From Paramoeba atlantica (lineage: Eukaryota; Protista; Discosea), in assembly GCA_977017575.1 (NCBI GenBank), contig CDRNVI010000058.1:124001-188000 (forward strand): a stretch of 64,000 nt of DNA. The letters are read 5' to 3'. The position numbers and the translations under genes are program-made. Of this stretch, positions 34,466-45,149 are shown piece by piece (the first letter of the stretch is position 1; every line of letters begins with the position of its first letter). The notes below the pieces were generated by a model that was not told the origin of the DNA, searched no databases, and saw only the letters and a program-made list of their open reading frames with translations.

Positions 34466-35968
34466 TCATACCGAATCATGCATGGTAGAAGAGGAGTCGT
34501 CCCACAGCAAACAGCGTAACAAGGGGGAAGCTAACTCCTTGTACTCCTCTCCAATGACTCGCACAATTCCAATCTTAACGGATTTAGGTGACAACGGATG
34601 AGAATCCCTTACCGAGTTCTGTAAAAATATTCGAGCACGATGTACGCAATCATTCCCTAAAGTGTCTAATAAATGTCTTTTGGAATACTCTTCAGCTTCA
34701 CAAGGAACTGCAACGACTGTGTTTTCAAGGGGTTCCATTTCATGTGGCAAACTAATCGAGCTCTCGTTTCGTTCAAGAATAGCTTCAATCTCATCTACGA
34801 TATATTGTTTATCTTGAAAATCATCCTCAAACTCTAATGTAGCCATTCTTTCCTGTTCATTCGAATCTGTCAGTGTTGTGTAAATATTTTCTTTTGTTGA
34901 GTCAAATGTCTCCGTTGAGAGCTCTACGCTCTGTACCGCTTCCCTGAGATTTCGCACATTTCGTAAATCACTAAGTCGATATTCCTCCTCGTTTGGAGGC
35001 GTTGGATAATCGACCGGAAGCGGGGCCGCTGTGTTCGATAACACAGAAGGAAAAGCCTTTCGCTCGTTTCTATTTGGGCTTATAAAGTTTTTCAGTCCTG
35101 CGCCCCACTCCCGTAGCTCTCTCCTTAAATACGATGTTTGTAATAAGGAGGAAACCTTGGGCCGGTGTCCTGGATGTAAGGTCAGACATTTATGGATCAG
35201 GGATACCAAATTCGGGTTCGCCCCGGGGTGCACAGCGTCGTATTCCCCTGTGACAATTTTTTTCATCAACTCTTTCAGTCCTTTAGCTTGAAAAGGACGA
35301 CGTAGTGTCAGGAGTTCATACAAAAGAACCCCAAGGGACCAGATATCACTTTTTTGATTGTATGGACAGTGATTGCACACTTCCGGAGAGAAGTAGTACG
35401 GGGTACCACAAACGGTATGTGCGAACCCTAACGTATTCTGCAGCGTTGTGGAAATCCCGAAATCTCCAAGTTTCACGAGTCCCCCGGTAGTAAGGAAAAT
35501 ATTGGCCGCTTTTAAATCTCTATGGAGAATATTGCGCTCATGCAGGTGTTGCAACCCGAGACAAATTTGAAGAAACCAGTGCAGGATTTGTGCATCTGAA
35601 AAATAGACCACTTGCCCGGGAACCTGAAACCTCTTTCGTTGTTTTTTAATCCGAGAGGCTAAATCTCCCTCATCGGCGTATTCCATAATAATATAAATCG
35701 TGGTGTCCTCCTCGATGTGCTCCTCGTAATGAACAATATTGGGGTGCTGGATGCGGGAGAGAATATCAATTTCGCGTTTCACATCGTTAAACTCCTTAGG
35801 GGTCATGGTGGCGGTGTCGATGACTTTGCAAATGTACCGTTTGCGGTTTAAAAGGGATTGGACTAGAATCGCATCCCCAAACGAGCCTTTGCCAATCTCT
35901 CGTAGAATGCGATAACGGCTGCAGAACGAGGCGGAGTGATCCGGGCGAGAGGGCGTGTTAAACTGCAT
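34466..35968 (-). CDS. NIMA-related (NEK) Ser/Thr kinase
   Basis: IGKGSFG, HPNIV, MEYADEGDL, HRDLKAANIFL, KLGDFG, CGTPYYFSPE and KSDIWSLG. Confidence 0.95.
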   Translation of the reverse strand: MQFNTPSRPDHSASFCSRYRILREIGKGSFGDAILVQSLLNRKRYICKVIDTATMTPKEFNDVKREIDILSRIQHPNIVHYEEHIEEDTTIYIIMEYADEGDLASRIKKQRKRFQVPGQVVYFSDAQILHWFLQICLGLQHLHERNILHRDLKAANIFLTTGGLVKLGDFGISTTLQNTLGFAHTVCGTPYYFSPEVCNHCPYNQKSDIWSLGVLLYELLTLRRPFQAKGLKELMKKIVTGEYDAVHPGANPNLVSLIHKCLTLHPGHRPKVSSLLQTSYLRRELREWGAGLKNFISPNRNERKAFPSVLSNTAAPLPVDYPTPPNEEEYRLSDLRNVRNLREAVQSVELSTETFDSTKENIYTTLTDSNEQERMATLEFEDDFQDKQYIVDEIEAILERNESSISLPHEMEPLENTVVAVPCEAEEYSKRHLLDTLGNDCVHRARIFLQNSVRDSHPLSPKSVKIGIVRVIGEEYKELASPLLRCLLWDDSSSTMHDSV

Positions 35969-36183
35969 GGTTTAACTCTAGAGACGTTGGAGCATGACGT
36001 GATTCATGAGAAAGAGGAGGAAGGAAAAAAGTAGGACGTCTAAAAGAGATTTAAGAAGTTTAAACAAAGATTTATAAGTGTAGCTACTCGAAATCTAATT
36101 TTTCATTTTCTCTTCGGTTTAACAAAGTTCATGGAAGTCTTAAATTTGAACTTGAAAATTCTTACATGATATCGGGGATACAT

Positions 36184-36825
36184 TTAAGACTCATCGAGCA
36201 ACAAGTGTTGAAATAATTCTCGCACATTGACAAACTCTCCTGTGGTGTGCGTATGCGGGAGAGAGAGAGAAGTTGTGTCTTCAGGAGAACGTGCCTCATC
36301 TGGCAATTCCATCGTATTCTCATTTTCTTGTACGGATAGAGCCACACAACTGAGTAGCTTTTCATAACTTTGATGACGACGACCTCCAGCCACATTACTG
36401 TGTGGTCTTCTTATGGGCACAGCACGACTGCCGTGTGTGGAGTGGAGTGTTTGTATTTCTTCCAACTGTTTTGTTTTTAATGTCTCTATCGCGGCTTGGA
36501 TTTGTTTTTGTACCTCCTTAGCTTCCGAGTGACTGTTACGATCCCCTCGTTTGAGTCGTCGGATCAGTTCTCGGTGTTTTACAAAACCCGTGTTGAGTTC
36601 TCGTAATTCTAGTCGATGTCTTCGTTGCATTCGTCCGAGAGATTCCTTTGGTTTCTCTACAATCACATTCCTTCGTTTTGTGTTTCGACGTGAGGCGACG
36701 ATTGTACGAATAGGTTTGCCTCTAGGGATGTGATGGGGTAGGGAGTGGCCTACGGGCTTTTTGGATCCTCGAGAGAACGTTCGCTGTTCTTTTTTCTTTG
36801 TTTGCTGACGAGTCTTGGTCTTCAT
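36184..36825 (-). CDS. Hypothetical basic coiled-coil protein
   Basis: 213-aa Lys/Arg-rich ORF on the cluster strand. Confidence 0.6.
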   Translation of the reverse strand: MKTKTRQQTKKKEQRTFSRGSKKPVGHSLPHHIPRGKPIRTIVASRRNTKRRNVIVEKPKESLGRMQRRHRLELRELNTGFVKHRELIRRLKRGDRNSHSEAKEVQKQIQAAIETLKTKQLEEIQTLHSTHGSRAVPIRRPHSNVAGGRRHQSYEKLLSCVALSVQENENTMELPDEARSPEDTTSLSLPHTHTTGEFVNVRELFQHLLLDES

Positions 36826-37193
36826 TTGTTATGTCATGAAATGTTTAACAAAAGGTTCTAATGTTTCGAACAGGTGAAATCGACATTTTGAATTTGTGGT
36901 GCATTAAATTGTGAAACTTGATCTCAACGTATTAACGCATTGTTGTATTACTCTACTAGTAATTCGTTCTTCTCAAAGGTAGATTGTCATACTCTATATT
37001 TTTTTGATTGCTAATTTCACTTTCATAGCGAAATTTAGAAAGCGTGATGCATACCGATTTTATAGCCCATTTGATTCGCAATGTGCTTTCACCATGAGAC
37101 TTCATAACGTACTGACAATACGCAAAGCCACATATTCGGCAACGAGAACATTGAAGTAATGAAATTCGTCATGCAGTCCTAAACCAAATTTCG

Positions 37194-38303
37194 CTAAAAC
37201 CGATAGTTTTCCTCCGTTTCTTGTGCCCACTGATATTTTCCTACCAGCGATTTTGTAAAGGCTCGCTGAGGGGGAACGTTGAGTCGTCGACACCATGAAA
37301 ATATAATCCGAGGATCAATATAATTAGCTTTTGAGGTCGTCGTCGAGATACTCTTGCCATCCTCCTTTATCTTTATATTCGCCTTTGCGGTCGCAAGCTG
37401 GTTGCTTACGGTCTGAATTTTATTATCAATATCACTGGGAAAAGCAATACGGGGGGGTCGTTTCGGAGGAATGGATTTCACTACCGCATTCAGGTCCTCC
37501 GCTGATGCTGCAATTTCTGTGTTAATCATACTTTTCCTTTTCGCAATTTTAAAAAGACTCCAACAGTCTTCATCCTCATCACTGCTGGCTACATTTGTTG
37601 TGATTACCGAAGTCGTTGGTTTCTGAATCTCCCATGAATCTCGGCGTCCCGTTTTTCGAGGCAATTTTTTAGTTATGATGGGGTGAGAGACTTGTTTTTG
37701 TTGTCTAATCTTTGGTCGTGCTCTCTGTAGTTTTTTAGATTTTTCAGATTCGGATACCGAAGATTCTTCGGTTGAGTCTTCCGAACTGCTCACAGAAGAA
37801 GAAGAGGCACTTCCTTCGCTGGTGGTTTCACTATTCGATGTGCTTTCATAGGATGATGAAGAAGTCTCGTCCTCTGTAGATGAGCTCTCGACATCGTTTC
37901 TGCCTTTCGATGCAAGGTTTTTAGAAGAGTTTACCGGAGAAGAGATTTGTTTTAGTTTCAGCGTTTTCTCACCCTTCAAATCGGGTTGAATGTTTTCTTC
38001 TTTTTTACAGGAAGCTGCTTTTGGGGTTCGTTCTGGAGTCGCACGCTCTACGCGTGAGCTTTCACTCTTTTCTTGATGGTTTGACTCAATTTTCGAATTG
38101 ATTTCTGGGATATTGCAGGGAGGATTGGGTATTGGCACCTTAATTGGTATTTTTATGGGCATTTTGATTGGCATTTTGATTGGCATCTTGATTGGTATTT
38201 TGATCGGCACCTTAGCTGGGGGCCTGGGAGGTTGTGGCACTGCGGTCTCCGTTGGAGACGGTGAGGATGGGCTCGGCAACGATGAAGTGTTCTCGGCCGA
38301 CAT
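37194..38303 (-). CDS. TOP1S: DNA topoisomerase IB small (catalytic) subunit of the kinetoplastid bi-subunit enzyme
   Basis: C-terminal KEDGKSISTTTSKANYIDPRIIFSWC...FTKSL carries the SKxNY catalytic Tyr. A long Ser-rich N-terminus replaces the core domain. Confidence 0.92.
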   Translation of the reverse strand: MSAENTSSLPSPSSPSPTETAVPQPPRPPAKVPIKIPIKMPIKMPIKMPIKIPIKVPIPNPPCNIPEINSKIESNHQEKSESSRVERATPERTPKAASCKKEENIQPDLKGEKTLKLKQISSPVNSSKNLASKGRNDVESSSTEDETSSSSYESTSNSETTSEGSASSSSVSSSEDSTEESSVSESEKSKKLQRARPKIRQQKQVSHPIITKKLPRKTGRRDSWEIQKPTTSVITTNVASSDEDEDCWSLFKIAKRKSMINTEIAASAEDLNAVVKSIPPKRPPRIAFPSDIDNKIQTVSNQLATAKANIKIKEDGKSISTTTSKANYIDPRIIFSWCRRLNVPPQRAFTKSLVGKYQWAQETEENYRF

Positions 38304-38545
38304 TCTAATTTAAGGGAGAATGAAAGAAGAATGTCAGCGTGTTACTATCTTAGAGGAAACAAAGATAGTAAAATGCATATCGTAAAGCAATCAAAAAAGA
38401 CAAAATTGCCATTTAAAAACAAGATTAATGACATGCATTCGGACTGAACCTTTCGGATAACCCATGAGGAACGCCACGACCTATTTTCTTGTTTTCCTGT
38501 GTTTTTGGCTCTATCGGTCCATATCCCTTCCATACGCTGCACCCT

Positions 38546-41524
38546 CTATTCACCCCTCTCCGATACGTTTGGCACCCTTGGGAGTGTCCTCTTCCCAAGC
38601 AATTGGTAGTACTCATCCAAGTACGGCTTGTTGCGTGGATCGCGAATGTTAATTTTAGAACCCGGAAGTTTCCAGAACGGGTAGTTGGTGTAAATCCTTC
38701 GTCTCGCTCGCATACGAAGCGTTCGGCTTTTTGCTTCCTCAATGATTTTTCCATGGTTGCGCAGATCACGACGAATACGCTCATCGACAGGCTTGCGTAC
38801 CTTTTGTTTTTCTGAACTCGAAGTATCACTAGAGGGCTGAGCTTTGACGCGTTCTTTTCCTCGTTGGTTTAATTTTCCTCTTCGCGGAACATGAGCAGGA
38901 ATATCAGTGGGAGAAGAAAAATTCGAAATGGAAACAGATCCTTCTTCTCCATCTGTGGTTGTTCTATTCACTTGTTGAGGAAGAAGAGATTGTAGTCTTG
39001 AATTAATATCCCTGGCAGAAGACCCCGCATTCAAAATTTCAAGGTCTATCCCATTTTCGGCATTTGTTGCCTCTCCTCTATTTGAGCCCTCCTCTGTAGT
39101 GTACTCCGTGTCTGGCTGTAAAAGGAATACACGCAAATTTGACTGTGTCGCTTTGTCGGCTAATTTGTCATCTAGGGTCAAAAGACTTGGGGAATCCATT
39201 TTGTGCTTTTCCTCCGTGTGTGAAAATAACTGAAGATGACATAACGTACACACCTGAGCGATCAACATGACTCTGTCATCATCATCCGAAAGCGAACGGT
39301 TGGGAAGAAGAAGGGAAAATAAGTTCTCTTTTTTCTCAAGATGATTTTCATCGGTTTGTGTTCTTGTTGTTCCGTAGGAACGAAAAAGTAACTCCTCCGT
39401 GGGATGCAGCAAACGAACAACTCTATTGTTTGCAACACAGCTTTTTGAGGTTTGAACTTCGATTTTAAAATCATGCTGAATACAACGAAGTAACAACGTA
39501 ATCGAATCTCGGATGTGGACCGCATCACTCGATTGTACAGTTTGTTGCAACGTAAGGCAAGCCTCCCGAAGAGCCACAAAAGGAATATATAACAAACAAG
39601 ATTTATTAGTTTCCTCTGTTTTGTTTGCTAAGTTATTTAGCCACTGATCGACCCGTGTAAAATGCTCAACGGCAGAGGCGTCTAAAATGTAAATACGGCT
39701 AGAGAAGTCCTGCAAAATGCGCTTCACGTCGGTAAATTGGCTAAGTAGAAGATATGAGGGATTAAGTGCGTAACAACAACTTGCCGGGTCTCGGGGAGAC
39801 ACATTGGAGCATACCGTGTTGACAATAATCTCATCGAATTCAGGAAAGGTTTGGGTAAGGTAAAGAAATAACGATTGCGCAACTTCAGGGTTGGTTTCGC
39901 GATCAATTGTTTCGTACACCGTATCGGCGAAAGCAAGATCCACAGCGATGAGAGGGTCTGTGGAAGTTGTATTGGATATCCCTAGCCTATCGGGCGTACT
40001 CCCTACTCTTTTTTCGTCCTTTTCATCAAAAGACTGCATCCGATTCCTTTCCATCGCATCTGTTGCTTCCAAATTTTCATTATCCGCGTTGATCGGCTGT
40101 TCCGCTTTACGCTCTTGATGTAACCGTTCAATCTCCTTTTGCTGATATTGCAGCGCATTCACAGCGTTTTCTGTCGGATTACGCTGCAAATAGCGTTTCA
40201 CCATACGAGAGTAACACGCATGGAGGTTGGCCCACTCCTTCTTTTCCCAATATTTAACGTACAACATTTTCCATGCCACACGACCGAGAGTACTTTCTCC
40301 GGAAACGCAACCCAATATCTCACCCAATGTTGTGGGATAGATTTCTATCTCGAGCGCCTGGGCCTTTTGTAAAAGTTTCCACGCGGTTTCTATTTTATCC
40401 CCATCACAAAGAATTTTAACGTACGCATCATAGTGATCCGCGCCAAACGCATTTCCTCTATTGTTCCCCCTTTCCTTAGTGTGTCGGAGCCAATCACTCA
40501 GCAAATGCGTAGCCTCCTTCACCAAAGGCTTTTCCGGGGTTGAGAGATACGCCAGACGACCCAGCGCACGTAAATATACCCCATAGGGGTCTTTTCCCCC
40601 TTGATCTGGACCACATAACACTTGGACGATCTCCCCCACCTCCGAGGCCGTTTCCGCCCACCCCAGGGCCGCAAACGCGTGTTTTGGGAGTATTCGCCTC
40701 CAGTTCTTCTCCGGGAATAACTCACACACCACAGGGTCGCTGATATCGCCCCCTAGAACCTCCAAATGCCAATCCAACCACTCCAGAGCTTTGCCTCTCT
40801 CATGGACCGCACAGAGTAATCGGATATACGCCGCAACCACCAGCGAGTTATGCAAAATTTCGTTCCGATGCTGAAAAACCGAAAACGAGTCCTCCAGAAA
40901 AGTACCCGAAAGCGGGGAACACGAAACGGTACGCTCGAGCGCGAGAAACAGCGTGCGGTAAAACACCGGATCCTCCAGCAGCGCGGCACTCACCGCCACA
41001 ACACTCGGGCTATGCTGTCCTTGCGGGGCAGCTGTTTTCGTAAACACCAACTCCAGCCCTGCCGTGTCCCCGACGCTTTTTAACACTTTCAAATAGGTTA
41101 ACACGACCCCGCGTGAAAAAGTGTGTCGGTGGAGCAAATTCCGATAAAGCGCATGAATTTTCGGGATCATTTTATCCATTCTTTCGGTTTCATTTCCCTC
41201 TACGGTTTGCTGCACCCACTGTTTGGTCCATTTCAGCAGCTCCACCGCTCGACACGGGGGGAGACGGAAATGGGACTGCGTGAGTAGCTCGAGCAGTATC
41301 CAGGGCGGGGTGTTCCAGCACTCACAGGCGGGAATCAGCGCAGCGCGCAGCGGGGCATCGAGAGCGTATTGCTTTAACGCTTTCGGAACCGTTGGGGTCG
41401 CAAAGGAGGCGTTTGCGGGGGTGAGCGCGCGAATCGCGGGAGCGTTTTTTACGGGACAAAGAGGAGATGACGGGGAGGAGACACCGGGGAGACAACGTAG
41501 AAAGGGTGTACGGAAACGCGACAC
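38546..41524 (-). CDS. Presequence-bearing PPR-like protein with a C-terminal PIN-like domain
   Basis: PPR-like YDAYVKILCDGDKIETAWKLLQKAQ and AAYIRLLCAVHERGKALEWL. PIN-like YILDASAV, DDDDRVMLIA and LLTLDDKLADKA. Confidence 0.65.
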   Translation of the reverse strand: MSRFRTPFLRCLPGVSSPSSPLCPVKNAPAIRALTPANASFATPTVPKALKQYALDAPLRAALIPACECWNTPPWILLELLTQSHFRLPPCRAVELLKWTKQWVQQTVEGNETERMDKMIPKIHALYRNLLHRHTFSRGVVLTYLKVLKSVGDTAGLELVFTKTAAPQGQHSPSVVAVSAALLEDPVFYRTLFLALERTVSCSPLSGTFLEDSFSVFQHRNEILHNSLVVAAYIRLLCAVHERGKALEWLDWHLEVLGGDISDPVVCELFPEKNWRRILPKHAFAALGWAETASEVGEIVQVLCGPDQGGKDPYGVYLRALGRLAYLSTPEKPLVKEATHLLSDWLRHTKERGNNRGNAFGADHYDAYVKILCDGDKIETAWKLLQKAQALEIEIYPTTLGEILGCVSGESTLGRVAWKMLYVKYWEKKEWANLHACYSRMVKRYLQRNPTENAVNALQYQQKEIERLHQERKAEQPINADNENLEATDAMERNRMQSFDEKDEKRVGSTPDRLGISNTTSTDPLIAVDLAFADTVYETIDRETNPEVAQSLFLYLTQTFPEFDEIIVNTVCSNVSPRDPASCCYALNPSYLLLSQFTDVKRILQDFSSRIYILDASAVEHFTRVDQWLNNLANKTEETNKSCLLYIPFVALREACLTLQQTVQSSDAVHIRDSITLLLRCIQHDFKIEVQTSKSCVANNRVVRLLHPTEELLFRSYGTTRTQTDENHLEKKENLFSLLLPNRSLSDDDDRVMLIAQVCTLCHLQLFSHTEEKHKMDSPSLLTLDDKLADKATQSNLRVFLLQPDTEYTTEEGSNRGEATNAENGIDLEILNAGSSARDINSRLQSLLPQQVNRTTTDGEEGSVSISNFSSPTDIPAHVPRRGKLNQRGKERVKAQPSSDTSSSEKQKVRKPVDERIRRDLRNHGKIIEEAKSRTLRMRARRRIYTNYPFWKLPGSKINIRDPRNKPYLDEYYQLLGKRTLPRVPNVSERGE

Positions 41525-41866
41525 GGTGGGGGAAGGGAAGGGAGGGGGTTTAAGGTTGTGGAGTACAGATTTGTGTGATAAAAGTGAGCCGGTTCAGCGT
41601 CATGTTGAAGAGGGGAGCAAGTAAACGTTTTTTCTACAAGAATTTTTGATGTAAAATAGTGTTTTTGCGATCAAAGGATCATTTCTATACTTTTGAAATT
41701 TATGCCACATATCTTTCTTAGACGATTTAATCCACCGAAATAAACGGTTTCAGCTCTACTCAATTTTAAGGACTTCATCGTCTCCTTTACCACTCACCTC
41801 CACTTTTTACTTTTACGCAACACCTCTTTGCTTATCTTCCTGTCTCTTTCCCTCCATTACCTCTAC

Positions 41867-42331
41867 CTACTTCCGACGTGCCAGCACACCCTGGACCCTA
41901 CCATGGCGTCCGGAGGTCTTCGTGTGCTGCCCCCGCACCCTGTGGCCATAGTAATGCCGAATCCCACGATGCGCGCGGATCTTCTTCAGACGCTCCAAAT
42001 CCTCTCGGATTTTGTTATCCCAGCTCACCGAGGTGCAGTGCTCGGAGTTCCCCGTGGTACGGTCCTTCTTACGGTTCAGCATCCATTCCGGGATGTTAAA
42101 CTTTTGAGGGGACGCGATCACCTCCGCGATACGCTCCAGCTCTACCGGGGTGAGAGTCCCGGCCCGACGGTTAGGGTCAATTCCAGCCTTTTTGGTCACC
42201 ACCAGAGCCATGCGAACCCCAATGCCTTTGACCATACGAAGCGCGTAGGGAATTTTACGTTTCCCGTCCAAATTGGTGTTGGACATTCGGATAATGTGCG
42301 TGAATTCGGGAGGGGCGACAGAGAGGGACAT
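41867..42331 (-). CDS. RPS18: 40S ribosomal protein S18 (uS13); true start ATG 42331
   Basis: IIRMSNTNLDGKRK, GIGVR, RAGTLT and RAHRGIRHYYGHRVRGQHTKTSGR. Confidence 0.97.
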   Translation of the reverse strand: MSLSVAPPEFTHIIRMSNTNLDGKRKIPYALRMVKGIGVRMALVVTKKAGIDPNRRAGTLTPVELERIAEVIASPQKFNIPEWMLNRKKDRTTGNSEHCTSVSWDNKIREDLERLKKIRAHRGIRHYYGHRVRGQHTKTSGRHGRVQGVLARRK

Positions 42332-42623
42332 TGGGGGAGGGAATAAAACGGGTTGAAAAGGATAAAAAAGGGTTTGGAAAATAGAGAAAGATGTGAGGAA
42401 GGCTCGAAAATGTAATGGAAATACCCAAAACAGATCCTTTTTTGAACCAAACTTTGAAATCAAAAGCCATTCATTCAAGTCTTTCATCCGAACTGAACTT
42501 CGATACCTTCTATTCCCACCTTCTTTTCTTCCTTAAAACCTTCTTCTCACCAAAAAAAACACTTTCACACTTTCTCCTCACCCCAAAAGAACCCCCCTTT
42601 CCCCTCTTTCCCTCCCCTCTCCC

Positions 42624-43109
42624 CTACAAACACCGCGCGCGGACAAAATTATACGGCACCGGGGCCACCCTCACCGCCTTTCTTTTACTCTTCACCACCC
42701 CCGCCACCACCCCCCCTCCCGGCTGCCGTTTCATCCCCCCCCTCCCCTTCCCCCCCTCCTTTCTCAGCTTCGCCAGCTCCCCCATCCGTGCCGCGTGGGC
42801 CTCAGCGCAGCGCGAGAGCCGCACGTGCTCGACGCGGACGCAGATGCGTTTCCGCAGCACGCGGCTGCCGACGCGCTTGTTCACCACGACCCCAAACCCC
42901 CGGGGGGTGACGTTCCACACGACCCCGGTCTTCCCGTGGTAGAACTTGTGCGGCATCCCCTCCCGGATGGAGGGGTCCGCGACGACATCGACGTAGTCCC
43001 CGATTTTAATCGGGGTGAGAGAGGGGCGGGTGCCGGGCACCCCGTGCCGGCGAAACTTTTTCGCAAACAGGGTGCGGGTGCCGTGGCGCAGTCCCCAGGA
43101 GTGTACCAT
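42624..43109 (-). CDS. RPL21: 60S ribosomal protein L21 (eL21)
   Basis: GLRHGTRTLFAKKFR, KIGDYVDV, GMPHKFYHGKTG and KRICVRVEHVR. Confidence 0.97.
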   Translation of the reverse strand: MVHSWGLRHGTRTLFAKKFRRHGVPGTRPSLTPIKIGDYVDVVADPSIREGMPHKFYHGKTGVVWNVTPRGFGVVVNKRVGSRVLRKRICVRVEHVRLSRCAEAHAARMGELAKLRKEGGKGRGGMKRQPGGGVVAGVVKSKRKAVRVAPVPYNFVRARCL

Positions 43110-43452
43110 GGTGGGGGGTGGGTGGGGAGGAAAAGGTTGAGGAGAAACAAAAAGAAGACTTTGGAAGGAATAAAAAAGTGGTGGGGGGGGGAGAAAGGGA
43201 AAAGCGTACTTGGGAATACACAGAGGAAAAAAGAGTAAAGAGGTAAAAAAATAGCAGAAAAGTAGTGGTCAAATTTTTAATTTTGTGAAAACAAATCCCG
43301 AAAAAAAAGTAGTTTGTAAAAAGCTTCCCCCTGGCCCAGTTAGCGCACGCCCCTACGGTACCCGTTTAGCACCGCGGCGTGCGCTAAAAACTTCTTGGTC
43401 ATCGTAGATACGTTGTAAGGGTCTCCCACAATGTCTCCCTCTTCACACACTC

Positions 43453-44060
43453 TTATAAAGTGTTGTTGTTACTCCAGGGGCGACCCGGGATAGGACCTAT
43501 CTGGTATCGGAGGAAGATTCTCGTCCCCACCGAGAATAGGAGCAGGTGGGTTTCCCTCATGGTGCCCTCGTCGGGGTTCCCACACGGCCCACACGTAAAC
43601 CTGTACGGACGCGCCGGATAAGCTCTCTCTCTGGCCGCCTCCCGACGGGCCGGGAACCAAAATCCTCTTTTTTTGAGGAGGGGGGGCACTCAGCTCACCA
43701 GCGGGACGATCCTGGAAGACAAGAGCGCTCTTCAGTGTCCCGCACGTACATTGTACGTGGCCAGCGTCTGTGAATCCTTCCTCGACAAATCAGTAGAGGG
43801 AAAAGTAGCGCCAGCGTGGAACCCCCCCTCCTTCTCCTCCTCCTCCTCCTCCTCCTCGCAGTCAATCGTTTCCTCTTGTTCCCCGAGGATAGACTGTCTC
43901 AACGACAGTTGGCTCGCGAATGGCGTATGCGAGCACATCTAGAGGGGTTGGAAACCTCGGAACGGACTCCCAGCCCAGCTAACGGTTCCCCCATGTCGGC
44001 ACTCAAGCGCGCGGAGGAGTTGGCAAGCCTTGAGGCTCCGCTCGACCCCCCTCTGTGAAT
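43453..44060 (-). mobile_element. 3' remnant of a LINE (C-terminal CCHC-like region)
   Basis: PLAGLGVR and FTCGPCGNPDEGTMRETHLL in broken frames. Confidence 0.5.
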
Positions 44061-44364
44061 GAAACCTTTTACGTATGGCCTCGTAAGGCATATAAACAAG
44101 CTCGTATTATTGGATACTAAACGGAGTTTTCCATAAACATCTCAATCACTTTACAAAGGGTTATCTGCGCAACTCGATCCCCAGGAAATTTTTCCCATCA
44201 TGCCGTATGAACTAATTGGCTGCCCCTTCTGGTGTGTTCCCTTAGACTATGTTTTCTAATCTTCTTGATCCTGACTCATCGTCACCACCTACCATCAAAT
44301 CTTCAGCATTGCTAATGTCACCTAAATTAGGTGACCTAATAGCTGTCTTGGCCCTTTACATCTC

Positions 44365-45110
44365 TTGCAAGACCCAAAGTTCATTAAAGCTGATGACACA
44401 ATTAATTTAATGGACAAGTTTGATACTCGCACAACGTATTTCATCAAGGAGCGAGAGAAAGGACGTGCACGTTGCCCTGTTATGACCACCCCGGGTTCCC
44501 GTGCTGCATATATGACTTGTGAACGATTCTTTTGTGCTGCAACTAACCACACTGCATATTCCTACTACATTGGGCGAAGTGACCCACCTTATTTAGGGGC
44601 ATTATTGACGAAACGACTTCACCCGACGGGGACGCCCTACAAAACAGGCAAATATCTGTACGAGTAAGGACCACCCCTTACCTCCTTGCCTCCCTCAATG
44701 AGGGAGCTACTTTCTAAGCCCGGAGCCCCGGCAGGGCGCCACCCATCTTATCGCCCCATCGCGATGTGGGAGTGTTTCCTCAAGGTGGCAGGACGACTTG
44801 CCCTGGAGAAACTGAGAGAATACGCCTGCCTCCTTTTCTCCAACGGCTGCAACTCGGAACTCAATACACCCAAGGGTGTGAACACACCATCTGTAGTGTC
44901 CGACATCACTTTAGGGTCAAGCCGGATGAAGTCATAGTGGCAGCTGATTTCGAGAATGCCTTCAACAGCATCTCGAGGTCAGCCATATTCAGGGCCCTAA
45001 AGGGAGACCCGAAGCTACTTTCCCTCGAGAGTATTACTTTCTTCCTCTCATGGAGTTCTACAAATATATTTTATAGCAAAGATGTAAATTTATATTTTGT
45101 CCCCCCCTAG
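44365..45110 (+). mobile_element. Degraded CRE/SLACS-like reverse transcriptase fragment
   Basis: KP...YRPIAMWECFLKV, LQLGTQYTQGCEH and VAADFENAFNSISRSAI. Confidence 0.75.
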
Positions 45111-45149
45111 TCCTTTGTCACTACTTCTTTTCGTACGGTGTAATACACT

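Noticed and set aside
36184-36825. OTUD6-like deubiquitinase
   Set aside because: Only a vague N-terminal coiled-coil resemblance; no OTU catalytic motifs.
38546-41524. PRORP (protein-only RNase P)
   Set aside because: NYN signature motifs are not seen; the acidic motifs look PIN-like instead.
43328-43390. CCCTGGC.CAG start resembling the ingi/L1Tc 77-nt signature or HDV-like ribozyme
   Set aside because: The required GCCAGGG partner strand and the rest of the signature are absent.
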